Below are positions 1 to 12,866 of a DNA stretch of 64,000 nucleotides, one piece after another. Position 1 is the first letter of the stretch; each line of letters starts with the position of its first letter. This DNA is from Epiperipatus broadwayi (lineage: Eukaryota > Animalia > Onychophora). Location: contig JAQFVV010000007.1 of assembly GCA_028023455.1 (NCBI GenBank), forward strand, positions 13,888,001 to 13,952,000, given 5' to 3'. The position numbers were made by a program, and so were the translations under genes. Below the pieces are notes generated by a model. It was not told the DNA's origin. It saw only the letters and a program-made list of their open reading frames with translations, and ran no database searches.

Positions 1-29
1 GAAATTTGTGTAAATGATATTTTGCTATC

Positions 30-330
30 TATGACAACGCCATGGACTTGGGAGAAAAAATCTTTTGAATGTTGCAAATAGATGTTTTGATATGAATTTA
101 TTGAACAATTCAGTTGTGATATTCAAGTTTTCTTTATTCCAGACAATTTCTGGTGGATTTTGACTTTCCTATTTTCCAATTTCTAAATTATTTATGTCAC
201 TATCGGTTGGTTTTCTATATCTGGGATTGATTTATTGAGAGGTGGTTGCATTGCTTTTTTTAATCTCTTTGCTCATATCTGAGCTAAATTGACTTTGATT
301 TTTTGTTAGAATAAATGATTTTTTTAATAT
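30..330 (-). mobile_element. Decayed non-LTR retrotransposon RT fragment (RTE-like)
   Basis: Manual minus-strand translation gives QNPPEIVWNKENLNITTELFNK (about 95-165), resembling the RTE 'D.IPPEVWK......L..LFN' segment before RT domain 1. Surrounding frames are full of stops. Confidence 0.3.
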
Positions 331-1619
331 TTTCCTTTGACAAGTTTGCAAACGTTGGCTTGGTTTTTTTTATTGCTTTCATTGATGTTTTTGCTGCCCT
401 TTAATTAAAGTCATGTGACCTTTGAGCCACCATGCTTGTGTTGATAATTTTGTAATATTTGTTTTTAATTCAAAAATTATCAATTAAACTCTGCTTATTT
501 TTTTTTTTGTTAGTTGATTTCAATTAAATCAATATTACAAATTTTGATGTTTTATATATATATATTTTGTTGCTGATATTTTTAATAGCTTTTTAATGGT
601 TTGAATGTGGAAGATTTACCTGGTCTGTGCTTTCCAAGGTCTAAAGCGCCATCTATTGTTACTATTATTATTATTATTGTTATTATATTTCTTTAAGTGG
701 AATCTCCTAATGTTAACAACTGAATATAATACTAAATTTGTGACATACATATATTTTGTTAAATTTTAATTTTTTCTACTCCTCAGATAGAATCATACAT
801 TTCTAATTTAAATATTAAATTATATAGTAGTAGGATGTGATGGAGGAAACTGATATTAATCTCTAGGATCATCTGGTAAGATCTCCACTGGGAGATAAAA
901 TACTTCACAATGATGAGATAGTTATTGGTTTTGTCTATGCATCAATATGGGTGATTAGCAATTTATTTATTGACATGAGTGTGTAACTTGAGCACCCTAC
1001 TTTGTTAAATAATAAAGTATGGTAATTAATCAAATATAGTGTAAAACTAATATATATTCAAATGTTTTAATTCACATGATATTGCAACTGATCATTAGGT
1101 TTTTTATGCCACTCATCATTTACTGTAGGGGGAGAATGAGGCCTAGAGCTCAAAATTTATGGAAGTCCAGCTCTAGCAATATCACTTCCATTATTCTAAC
1201 ATTTGATTATTTTATACTGTATGGTTTAGTGCAATAAGTAGGTTTTGTGTTTTAAGTTATGTGAATTGCAGTTCATCTTAATCACTTTAAGTGCTCAAGC
1301 TTCATGAAAATTTTCACTTGAACCATGAGCAATGAATTAATTATTTGTTCTGTGGAATTTGCTGTGAGACCGTAGCCCAGTTTTGTCTCTTCTGATGCAT
1401 AAACATTTTAAAATTCCTGACAACAAACCATTTGAATATTTCTTTTATTTTGACATCAAAATATTATTTCAAATTGTGCAAAGGGAGGCAGAAAGAAAAT
1501 TCTCCTTTTCTACTCTATTGCACAGTTTGTACTTGTCCATTGTGTCATTCAATTGATCATCAAAACTTGAGACTGATGGGACATTATCTAACTCTCAATT
1601 ATTTACAAATCTACAGTTT

Positions 1620-2005
1620 TGATTCTTAAAAGAAGAGTTATAGAGAGATTGCAAACAATACCATAAAATATGAATAGTTAATTTAGCATGAAGGTATTAA
1701 AAGAAAAAGCTTGGATCAGAATACATACAAGTAGCAGTAACAATGTCAAAACAATGAGAAGGGTGAAATATAACAGATCTAAAACATACATTGATAAAGA
1801 AATGACTCTTGATTGAGAAATTAAAATCTTAAACTGCATTCCAGAAATTATTAAAAAAAAACTAGAATCTGGTCACATGTGAAATAAATAAGAAGAAAAA
1901 GAATACGTGTTAAAATGCTGTGAATATAAAGAATCTAAGAATTGAAAGAACTTCAATAAATTCAAAGAGATCATCCTCCAGTGAACAAATAATACAATAA
2001 AAGAT
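1620..2005 (+). mobile_element. Highly decayed RTE-type LINE 3' fragment
   Basis: ttaaaatcttaaactgcattccaga (1821-1845) and downstream sequence match the reverse complement of the better-preserved RTE copies at 12.6 and 18.7 kb. Confidence 0.45.
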
Positions 2006-3342
2006 AATTATATTTCTACAGTAGATTTTGTTTAGTTAGTAATAATGTGATGGACTAAAGAGCTAAAGGTTCTTGAATTGAAATTCAGGTGAGTTAATAA
2101 AAACAAACATCACAGTTACAGTAAATGAAAGTTGGTTTTAAAATGTCATTTGATATTTTAAACACTAATTATACAAATACAATTTCATTAATGTCTAAGC
2201 GTTATTTCTATATATATATTTAATTGCATATTTTTATTGCTGGAGAATTCATAAAAAGTATGAGCAGGCATTGTAACATTAATTAACTTTTTTGAATAGT
2301 CAACATTAATATGACTTTATTGCATCGGCAATCAAGAAGTTCAAGGGCTGAAAGTGACAAGGTGGATTCCATCTTTGGATCTTTCAATACAGAATTTGAA
2401 CTCAACCATTACACTCAGAGTCTTAAATATTTAGATTTCTGCTTATAATTTTTATCTAAAAAATATTTTGAAAAGAAATGATTACTTTATCCAGTATTAT
2501 TTCATGTGACATATTTTTCCATATATGTTATCCCTCACCACCACTATTTCCAGATTAGCCCTTTCTGGTAACTTCTATATATAAGTCTTTTACGTAATTA
2601 TATTCATATATTAATAAAATTGTCAGCAGATTTAGTGGCAACATTCTCATGATCATAATCAATGTCACAAACGATTAATCTATTACAGTAGTAAACTTAA
2701 TTCTTTTTTTTTATGTCAGTAGAAATTGTTCCTCACACAAAAGAATTCCAACTCTAAAGCACTCAACTTGCTTCGAGATAGATGAGTTGTGAAAAATGAT
2801 CAAATGAAAGGGAGGGAAAGGTTTTCCAAGTCTGTTTTCTTATCAGAACACACCCATTCTTCCAAGCTACTTCACAGGAATCATAACGTTCTCTTTTATT
2901 ATGATTAGAAACTAATATTGAAAATTGATCATACTTAATTGACGTTTTGTTGCAGTTCATAATGTTTAGAATTGCGCTCACATGTATATTCAATATTATA
3001 ATTAAATATATATATAAAATAGATAATTATAAAATTCTTTTAAAAATCGTTTATTTCTAAATGCATTTATAAAACTGAGTTGCTGTTTTTTTCAGAAATT
3101 ATTAATTGATAAAGAATTTCTATAAATATAATTTTAAAAAAATATAATGTCTATAATTTCTCAAAGCATGATGGAAGAAAAACATTGAAAACTACAGTCT
3201 ATCACCATTTCTTTAAATAAAATGTAAACTCTCATTAAAAATAAAAAGTATATTTTTAAAAATAAATAAAAAGAGTCATTTGGTAGTTATAAACTCTGCA
3301 CAATGTTTTACGTTTCAATTGTATGTTTTCTTTAGAGAGCAT

Positions 3343-3398
3343 ATGACTTGGGCCAACTGACGAGAGGTAGCTAGACAGAAGTGCATTTTGGGGGTCAT
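3343..3398 (+). ncRNA. Type I hammerhead ribozyme-like motif, family H1 (degenerate)
   Basis: AUGACU-UGGG-CCAA-CUGACGA-(poor stem II)-GAAG-UGCA-U-U-UUGG-G-GGUCAU. Both parts of stem I pair, CUGACGA is intact, A15.1 is G and stem II has decayed. Confidence 0.65.
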
Positions 3399-4169
3399 TT
3401 ATTTGTCATTTATGTTGCCTTTATTTGTGTATTTCATGAGTGTTTAGAGAATAGAGTTATGAAATAAATCTATAACAGATATTCCACATGAAAATAGAGA
3501 AATGATGTTAAATTAGTCCGTGTGTGCATGATTAATTTAAAACCGTTATATTAATCTTTGATTGGGATAGAGATAATCTGTAGTTTAATAAGTGTTTAGT
3601 GATAATCATTAATATGTTTACCTAGAGTGAATTGTGTCAAAGTTATGGGTAGAATAAGTTTGACACTTATAAATTAAAATGTAGCAAAGATTTCTTATGC
3701 AAGAATCATAAGGGATTAATTGCTAAGAAAAGTGTGAATTACTTAAAGGATTAATAGAAAGGTGTCAATAAAGAAAAAGTATATTTAAAAATATTCTACT
3801 TTTATTTTTCAGTTGAGAAGACGTCACATGTCTAATGGTATTGACTTTATTATATAAACTGTTATTGTAGATTTTTTTCATCATCGCTGATAATATTAAT
3901 ACCATCAACAAAAAAGAGTCCTGTTTCCCCCTTTAAAAAAAGGGGATTATGTAATTTAACTGATTTACATCTTATAATCAGTGCTTTGTAAATCACTGCT
4001 ATAAATCACATAATTCTCTAGAACTGTTTTTTTAATGAGATTTATTTATTTATTAGTTTACATAACAAAAAAAAAAAAAAAACATTGACCGTTGCATGAT
4101 TGTTGTTAAGATATACATAGTGAGAGAAAAAGGGACTATAATATTACATTTATGAATTTAAACGAAAAA

Positions 4170-4370
4170 AAACATAATTGTCTTCTATGACGATAAAGAT
4201 GGATCTTCCTAGCTGTCAAAAAACCAGAGCCAAGTTCACGAACGTCATGTGAGAGGTTGTAGTGATCAGATAAGTTTATCAGTGCGTGACCAAGTAGAAT
4301 TGAAGATCTCAGTCAGCGTTAACAGTTGGTCTCTCCTCTTAATGAAGCACAATGATGTTTTTAGAACTGT
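4170..4370 (-). mobile_element. Possible Tc1-like transposase remnant (HTH region)
   Basis: Frameshifted minus-strand translation KRRDQLLTLTEIFNS...DVRELGSGF...RHRRQL loosely follows the Tc1 'R...T..QI...N....S.RT.RR.L.E.G...R.P...L..RHR' pattern. Confidence 0.25.
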
Positions 4371-5286
4371 TAATGCTATAATTATGACTACCAGTTAGTT
4401 GAAAGCATGCTATGCATTTTTTTATCAATATAAGTTAGCATATTATGGTAAAACTAATAAATAAGCTATTCTTAGAATCCACACTGTATATGTTTTTTAT
4501 TGAATTACATTGCTTTTAAAAAAATTAAAACATTATTTTAGAATATAATTTTAAAAAATTCTTACTAAAAAAATTATATAATTAAAAGATATATTTTTGA
4601 AATACTACAAAAATGAAAGTTTTTAAAAAACTGAATAATATTACAGAATAGCAACAATTCTAGAACCATATGGTAATAATCTAAAAAATTAAAATGAAGT
4701 AGTTTATATGCTCAACACTGCTATTGCTTGCGATTACCATATATTTAACATAAATATAAGAGCTATGGAATATATGATGAGAAGAAAAGTGCAAATATCA
4801 TTAATATATTTTTTAAACTAAAAGATAGAGTAGTAGAGAAATTATTGTCAAGACTCCAAAAATAAATGTCAGTCTTGAATATCTGTCTTTTTCAGAACTC
4901 TATCCATTATTTTTTAAAGTAGGATTTAAACTGATGTGATTTTGTTATTGATAATTAAACCAGCTGGAAAAGGAGATAATAACAATTATATTCATATTAT
5001 TTTTTTTATCATTTTTTAATTATTTATTAGAAAACTTAACCAAGCACACAAACGAGAAAATTGAATTAGAGTAGTTAGTTATACATCATTATGAAGAGAC
5101 AATATATATATAATTTCTAATCTTGTAATCTAATTTTAAATCTATACAATCAGAGGTGAGAATATTATGTATATGGTATCCAGCTATTCATAGTTAGAGG
5201 ATTATGCAGGATGGCTTATTATTCAATCCTCCCTATCTAAAAATTAGATAATTAATTAATAATTCTACTTTTTTATTACAATAAAA

Positions 5287-5730
5287 AACCATTAGAAACC
5301 AGTCAATACTTAGACACATCCCAATATAGATAACAATCAACAATCTCAAACTGTTGTCAAGGCAACCTCCTTTTAACAATAAAAGTGAAATCCCATCTTT
5401 ATGATTAGTCTAATATACTTATATAGACACTAAAGATTGCAACTTGACTATAGAGATTAAAAATATTAATACAAAGAAGTTTAAATAGACCTCTTTAAAT
5501 AGGTAAATATAATCCATTCTGGTTGGAGACTAATAAGTAGTCAATTATAATATTACAAACTGCTATGATAGCTTTCAAATTGCACCCAAAGTATTACTTA
5601 AATAATAAGTGTAATAATGTTCAAGGCTAAATGGTTTTATAAGTAACCATTAGAAACCAGTCAATACTTAGATAATCCCAATATAAGAAAGTATTGAATG
5701 GGACACTGAACTGTAATAAACTATCTAAAG
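5287..5730. repeat. Local direct repeat (28-bp exact core) related to the palindrome at 59.93-60.06 kb
   Basis: aaccattagaaaccagtcaatacttaga occurs exactly at 5287-5314 and 5645-5672. The following caatcaacaatctc...gttgtcaaggcaac matches 59930-60030. Confidence 0.6.
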
Positions 5731-6819
5731 CAACTCTTTATCTATATTAAAGGAGATAGTTAACATTCAAGTAATAAATGATTCAATCAATAAATATGAA
5801 TTACTATTTTGCATTGGATATGTGAATTATAAATATTTTAAATTAAAGGAAATACTAATACTGCATATTCTGAGAAAATATTGAAAATATTAAATATAAC
5901 TTTAGTTCATTTTCAACAACATGTAGAAATGCAAAATTGTGCATTTGAGTACACAAAATGCTCTCACTTGTGAATGAATATTAATGTAAAATTCAAATAA
6001 TATATATATAATTAAATGTCAAATCCTATGGTATCAATAGACTCTTTAGAATAGAAAAGAATATTTGTTTATATTTTTAATTCTAAAGAAGTACACATAG
6101 TCTAATTAAACATAATAAGAGGAAATCTAAAAATAATGAGGCCTGATTTTGTTTAATAATTTAAACTCAGCAATGAACAGAAAATCTAATAGTATTCCAT
6201 TTAATTCATTTTGAAGCATGAATACTTGAATGAATAATTTTGTATCTCTGATTGCTTTTTAATATAGTAGTTGCCTTCAACAGTATTATTAGTACCAAAA
6301 ATGGATTCCAGTTATATTTAATATTTTCAATATATTTTCAAAATCTACCATATTAGAATTGTCTTTAATTTATATACATTTTGGTGTTGGAATTATTAGA
6401 ATTGTTTACAAATTATACGTGTTTCTACATTATCATACTTTGAAATATCAAGAGTGTCATATTTTAAAGATCATTCATGAAATTCATTTTTTTTAACTTC
6501 CCTATATGTTCTGAGGTCCTTATATTGATTTTCTGTTAAGTATCAAAGTCTCAGTTCTACACAAATGATATTAAATATGGTAAAAGTGATCCATTTCATT
6601 TCTTATTTCCTGATGTCACTAATACATGTTTATTCTTTCAGCCATGTATTTCACTTTTGTTTTTTGTCACTTTAATGAAAATATTTTCACAAATTTTTAT
6701 GTAGTTTAAGATGTGTTGTTTTCTATTAAGAGACTAAGTCTCAGATTCATGTATGTGAATTGGAAATTTATTATATTTTTAATGTATAGGTATTTGTGGT
6801 AAAGAAATAAAAAAAAAGC

Positions 6820-9240
6820 TATTCATATGGAGATTCATTTGAAGATGTTTTGTTAGAGCAATTAGTCTTGGGTATGTCTGATCACAGTCTCAGACAACAA
6901 TTGCTAACCTCTAGAGAGAAATACCTTGGTTATTAAGAAGCAATTCAAATGGGAATAAACCATGAATTAGTTTTGGACTAATTTGAGAAATTTCATAATT
7001 TTGGCATTAATTATGCAGATAATAAAACCATAAAAAAGTCCAAAAGTAAAAAGAAAAATCAGATAGTAGATGATAAAATGAAAGAAATTATAAGCTATTA
7101 TTATAGAAAGAAGAGGCATATTTCTGATAATTATTAAAGGATTAGAATAACATTGTGGAACTATGAATCACATAGAAAGAGCATGTCAAATGAACCCTCT
7201 AAAATAATGGAAAGACACATTCTCATTCCAAAAGAACTGTCAAAATATTGAATGCATCAACAACCCATGGGAATTTATATTGGGATATGATTAATAGTGA
7301 AGATGTTCACATTGTGGAAATTGATAACAGCTGGTTATAACAACAACAAAAAAAAAACTCCACCTCTATTTTAAATGAACTTAGAAAAAAAAAAAACATT
7401 GGCAAATAACAAAACTAAAATTAAATGAAAATTTGACCTCACCAGTAAAATTTAAAAAATTAAGATTAAAAGTATGTCATTATATACAATTCATGAAAGT
7501 ATACACTCTATATTAGGTATATATTGATCTGATAAATAAAGAAATCAAAATATAGGTGCCAAACATGATTGAGATAAAACTAGAATTAAAAGACGGATTT
7601 ATAGAATTATTTAGTTATGATGAGGAATATACAAATTCTTTGCCAGTAGAAGTAGTTTTGTTAGGTGGGTGAAAAAAATATTGAGACCTTTAGTGTGTGC
7701 AGAATGGGCCCATGCTTATAGTGATGAGCACCCAATCCAAACAGATAAGTCTGCATCTGTGGTGAATTTCAATCTAAAAAAACATTCCAAAAACCAATAA
7801 CCTATGATGAATGTTAGAGAGATATTAGCTAACATCAAAAGTATAATGTATGAAAAAAAAAACTGACTTGAAAACAGTTTTCTGTCAAATTTGAATTATT
7901 GAGTTATCACTCATTAAATTGTAATCATAACATTACCATGTAAATTTACAGCCACTACTAATATCTTTTATCCAGAATACACTGGATTGATTGGTCTCAT
8001 ATTTTAATCACGTGATAATATTATCAAACTCTAAACAAAACTTGTACCAATAGCTTTTGCTTTATGATAAATTTTAAAAAATTGAATCAAGAATAAATTT
8101 CAAAAAATGCATTTGAATAATAATAGAATTAAAGTATTTGAGATATGAGATATCCAGTAAAGAAATAAAACCTTGTCTGCAAAAATAGCAAGTATTGAAG
8201 ATGTTCCAAGATCCAGAATGATGAGGAAATTACTGGCCTTTTTGGCACTATTAAATTACTTTGAAGTATTTTTTTAAATGTTCTTGTAGGCTGACTGCCA
8301 TATAATTTATTTAAAAAGAGCCAGAAATGGAAATTGGGGAAATAGAGCAATAAAAGATTTTTGAAGAAACAAAAGTTCTACTATCAATGAATAAGTTATT
8401 GGTGTATTATAACAGTAGTTTTGAATTAAGTCTTACTGCAGTCACATTGAATTAAAAAGTGATGAACAATCAAAGGCTTTCATGGTGAAAATGTTAACAT
8501 TGGGAAAAACTATAGACAAATAACATGTGCTGGACATGACTACAATCACAGGTAAAATAAGTCATTGCAGGTGTCAACATTTGTCTGATCATTTCAAGGT
8601 ATATCAGGACAATTAATTGTAAGTTCAAAATGTTAACACTTAATAATAAAGCTTTACTATGTATGCTTTGGTGTAAAAATCACACCATGAAAGATACTAA
8701 ACCATGGCTATCTACACATCATATATCAGATACTTAAGCAGGTTTCTCAATTCCTAGAATAATTTATTTTTCACTGTTGCTAAAAATATCATCATTGTAT
8801 TTCCCTTTTCCTATTCTGATACAAGTAAGTCAATGTTTTCTCATTTTAATAGTCATATAATAATATTCTCCTGGTCCAAATATGAACACATGTGACTGCA
8901 TCATAACTGGTAGAATATTTGAATATTTTGACAAACCAGATTTATTCTAAGTTGTAATCATTGTTTCACTTCATTGCTGCCATCTTCCAAGCTGGTTACA
9001 CACTTTATAGATTCATGCTCATAGAAAAAAATGTGTCATATTTTTCATGTCTTTCTCTATCACTTAGGTGAAAATATTATTGAGATATGAGTCCCTAATA
9101 AAGAATTAAGTGAGAGGTTATTACTAATATCTTTCATATAATCTTTCACAGAAGTAGTAGCTTTCCCCCTTAAAAATTGACTTAATATTCTCAAAAATAT
9201 GATTCAAATAATGCATAATTTCATCTAAGATATTATAAAC
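6820..9240 (+). mobile_element. Decayed Ty3/Gypsy LTR retrotransposon (gag-pol remnant)
   Basis: Motifs in the correct order despite many stops and frameshifts: gag YGDSFEDVLLEQLVLGMSDHSLRQQLL (about 6826-6910); RT EWA..., ICGEF (7755-7769), REILANIK...KTDLKTVFCQI; KIASIEDVP...AFLALLNYF (about 8190-8262); RNase H-like KAFMVKMLT; YSPGPNMNTCD (about 8865-8895). LTRs not identified. Confidence 0.7.
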
Positions 9241-9458
9241 ATTGTTTAATTAAAAAATAGCTCCATACTTTTTTTAACAAATACAAGTTCAGTTTAGTAG
9301 AATTCACATTTGAAGTCCATAATCTAGATTGATTGTTATTGAATAAATTTAAAAAGGTCTGAGTTTGATTTGAAAAAAATGGTTATTTAATATGTGTGTT
9401 TGAATGTCACACGAATTTTCTAGCAATTAATTATTAGATTAAAAAAGGAATTGTGTCG

Positions 9459-9535
9459 TTTTTGGTCATACATTTATTACAAGTGCGCGTGTATTATGAT
9501 TTTTTGGTCTTACTCTTATTACAAGTGTGCGTGTA
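9459..9535. repeat. 42-bp-period tandem duplication containing a CpG-rich motif
   Basis: tttttggtcatacatttattacaagtgcgcgtgta (9459-9493) versus tttttggtcttactcttattacaagtgtgcgtgta (9501-9535). Confidence 0.7.
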
Positions 9536-10334
9536 GGCTATATATTTCTTAAATATTACTTTTAAATTTGAAATATTTATAGTTTTTTTTTTTTTTTGTA
9601 GTTCAAGTGCTAATTTTTAAAAAGAAAAAAAATCCGTTGTTATTGAAGTAGACATCTAAATGTCATCTTCCTTTCACCAAACATCTAAAACGTTGATGAT
9701 ATTGTCATTCTATGTTGCAATCGATAGCTTTAACTAACACGTATACCTTACTTATGTCTTTATATGTATTTATTATTCTGGAAATAATGAGTTATTTAAA
9801 ATATTAATATTTTTTCAAAAAGAAAAACTTGACAGCTATAAAAACAAAATGAATAAAGAGACCTTGAAGCTTGATTATAACTTGAAAAAACATTTGATTC
9901 GTTTTGTCATGTTTTTGCTTCTGAATTACATTTAACTCTGAAAATAGAAGCATGTGTGTATATATATAGGTATGGTAATAAACAAGGCTGGTTTCATAAT
10001 CATATGAGTGTTAAGTGTTGATATATTTAGCGATTTGAATTGCTAAGTAGTGGCTCATGCATTAATCAAACTTGCAAACTGAGAATAAAGACAGAAGATG
10101 GAAGCTTAACAGGCTTACAGGCGACCCAGCTATTATTAGGTAGAGAATAAATCAAGAAAGGAAAATTATATAAATTTTATTTGGATCACTAATATATTAC
10201 CACATCATGCATAAAACTACTTCTACCAGTATGTTAAAAGATATAAGAAATGGTATAAAATATTTACACATTTAATTAATACTATTCCCACCATCATATT
10301 AATAGCTATGAGAGGTGATCGAAAATCTTTATCA

Positions 10335-10361
10335 TTAGGGTTAGGTTTAGGATTAGGGTTA
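10335..10361 (+). repeat. Short telomere-like hexamer array
   Basis: TTAGGG TTAGGT TTAGGA TTAGGG TTA: 4.5 units of TTAGGN. Confidence 0.6.
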
Positions 10362-10815
10362 CTCAAGATCTAAGAATCCAAGCTCTGCTCTGACGTTTTT
10401 GATTGTTGAACATCTTATAAACTTTTATGCAATATAATAATTTGAATAATTTTTCTATGCATGTTTTAATCCTGTGGTAGAGTTGCAAAGCTCATGAGTG
10501 TCCTACAGCTCTACTCTGTCACTTATAGTTGTCAAATCTTTTGTAACTTTGAAACAATAAAGTCATTCAATTATTTTTGTCTTCCATAGTTTATAGCAGT
10601 GGTTGACTGCCATCCTGTAAAACTCAAGATGCACAGATCAAGGCCCAGTCAGAACACTTTCAATGCACAAAATTATTATGAACTCCTGAACTATAAAACC
10701 ATTAAATTATGTTTGTCTGGTATTGTTAAATACAGTGGTAAAGTGTTAACTCTGGAATGTAAAGGCTCCATGGATCACATTACAGCCCACTTTCTCACAG
10801 TTATTGAATGTAAAC

Positions 10816-11050
10816 ATCACATGATCACCATTCTTTATGCTTAAAGAAGCTGTTTACACAGTGTCTAAACTCTCGATACAGTAGTGCCACTCAGTGCAAA
10901 CCAGAATAATCAATGGATGCTAGAAACTAGTCTAGGGATATTGGATGAGTAATTACTGGATAGGGATTTTTATGCACAAACCTTCTTGCATCAATTAATT
11001 ACTCTGGCTTGCACTGAATGGCAATACATATAGAAAGTTTAGCCTCTATG
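10816..11050. repeat. Family H2 repeat as an inverted pair (hammerhead 5' half deleted)
   Basis: Left arm gtagtgccactcagtgcaaaccagaataatcaatggatgc (10881-10920) matches the reverse complement of 10988-11027 at 34/40. The right arm starts gctagaaactagtctaggg. Homologous to 35.2-35.6, 56.55-56.72 and 60.55-60.9 kb. Confidence 0.85.
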
Positions 11051-11865
11051 TAGTTGTTGAACTTCCTATCAACAAAAAAAGCTATAAACTATTCATATTT
11101 TTCTGTTAGAATTTGGCATTTAAAAAAATAACAGTCTCTAAGTAGCAGACATTAAAGGAAAAAAAAATGTCACAGCATATAATTCATTGTAGTAATTTAT
11201 AATGACAAAAAAACAAAGATATGAAATAAAGTTTTTACTAAAAAAAAATTATTAGTTAAAAAAACAAAATAGCTAAATATCCTATTTCAGTAGTATATTT
11301 ATAAACTGTAACATCAGTATTTATTTTTCCAAATAATATTAACAATATGTCATTTCATTTTAGTAATATATAAGTTACAAAAGTTGCTTAATAATACCAA
11401 GTGTTTATGATATATTAAAAGCACTACTAATACTGAATATTCAGAGAAAACTTTGAAAATATTAAATACAATATTAATGCATTTTAAATATTGAGCGCTA
11501 TTATAAAAAGCAATGAAAGGAATTCACCAAACACACAGTTTTAGTGCTATTTTCAATTTATTACATGGGTTTTATGTTTACCTTTATATTATATAAGATG
11601 GCCACATGTTGGAATAATGAGCACAATGATGTCAATAATAATTTGATCATCTAATAATTTTACCATGTATTAGATAATTACTTAAAATAATCAATCTTAA
11701 ACAAAATTGAAATAAACAACTAAAAGTAAATTGAAATGTATTTAAAACATCAAATCAGGCTTTCATTCCTTATTGGAATTTTATCAAGATGTTTCTTCAT
11801 TTACAATAACATGACCAAGTACTATTTATTAACCCTACCCAATAAGCATTATTTGCATTATATGT

Positions 11866-11930
11866 TTATATATGAGCAAATCTGAAGTACTGGCAAGGAA
11901 AGCCAGTACTTCAGATTTGCTCATATATAA
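11866..11930. repeat. Perfect 29-bp inverted repeat with 7-nt loop
   Basis: ttatatatgagcaaatctgaagtactggc (11866-11894) / aaggaaa / gccagtacttcagatttgctcatatataa (11902-11930). Confidence 0.97.
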
Positions 11931-12445
11931 GCATTTGAGTTGTAGGAATAAGTGATTCATTTTATTCCTGCATAAATACTATATCTTGTATTGGAGAGAA
12001 AGTATTCATTTATTATTATTAACACTCACAAAAGTGTATGCACAATTAGTTTGAAAGGCTTATATATGAATGTAATACAATTGTAAACATATGCTATATA
12101 AAATAAATGCTTATTTACATATGATTAAGTTTCAGTTAGAGTGATGTTTAGTAAATTCTAGACAATTTCACCAATGTCATTCATTCAGACATCATATATA
12201 GTAATTTAAAGTGTCTGTTCCATCCTCACGCTTTCCTTGCCAGTACTTCAGATTTGCTCATATATAAGCATTTGAGTCATAAGAATAAGTGATTCATTTT
12301 ATTCCTGCATAAATACTATATCTTGTATTGGAGAGAAAGTATTAATTTATTATTATTAACACTCGCAAAAGCATATGCACAATTAGCTTGAAAGGCTGAT
12401 ATTTAAATGTAATACAATTGTAAACATAAAATAAATGCTTATTTA
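11902..12445. repeat. Direct duplication of an about 210-230 bp unit
   Basis: 11902-12115 and 12239-12445 align end to end. The first 39 bp are identical, with scattered substitutions afterwards. Confidence 0.92.
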
Positions 12446-12592
12446 AATAAAACATTATTAAAATATTATTTTTGTAGATTGTTTGCTAAATTTGAAAAAA
12501 AAAAATGGATTGGAATGAGTTTCTAATTTTTTTTTATTTTTATGTATATATATATATATGTGTGTGTTTTACTATTTATGCTTATTATCAAC

Positions 12593-12866
12593 ATCATCAT
12601 CATCAACCATTATCAATCCACTGCAGGATGAAGGTCTCTCCAAGTTCAATCAATCTTCTCTGTTCTTTAGCTTCTCTTCTCCATATCACTCCTGCATACT
12701 TTTTTTTTTCATCCATCCATCTCACATGTTGTCTCTTTCTGGGTCTTTTACAATCTCTTGGAATCCAGTTTAAGATTTCAACTGTCCATCTATCATCATT
12801 TCTTCTAGAAATATGTTCAGCCCAACTCCACTTCAGTCTTTTAATTTTTTTCAATGAGGTCAGTAA
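12593..12866 (-). mobile_element. 5'-truncated RTE-clade LINE 3' end with (GAT)n tail
   Basis: ORF 12603-12998 contains KIKRLKWSWAEHISRRNDDRWTVEILNWIPRDCKRPRKRQHVRWMD...LGETFILQWIDNG*, the RTE ORF C-terminus, followed by tgatgatgatg. Confidence 0.88.

Noticed and set aside
5950-6700. Possible decayed CR1/L2-type RT on the minus strand
   Set aside because: Only vague resemblance to the RPISLL region; no diagnostic motif was recoverable.
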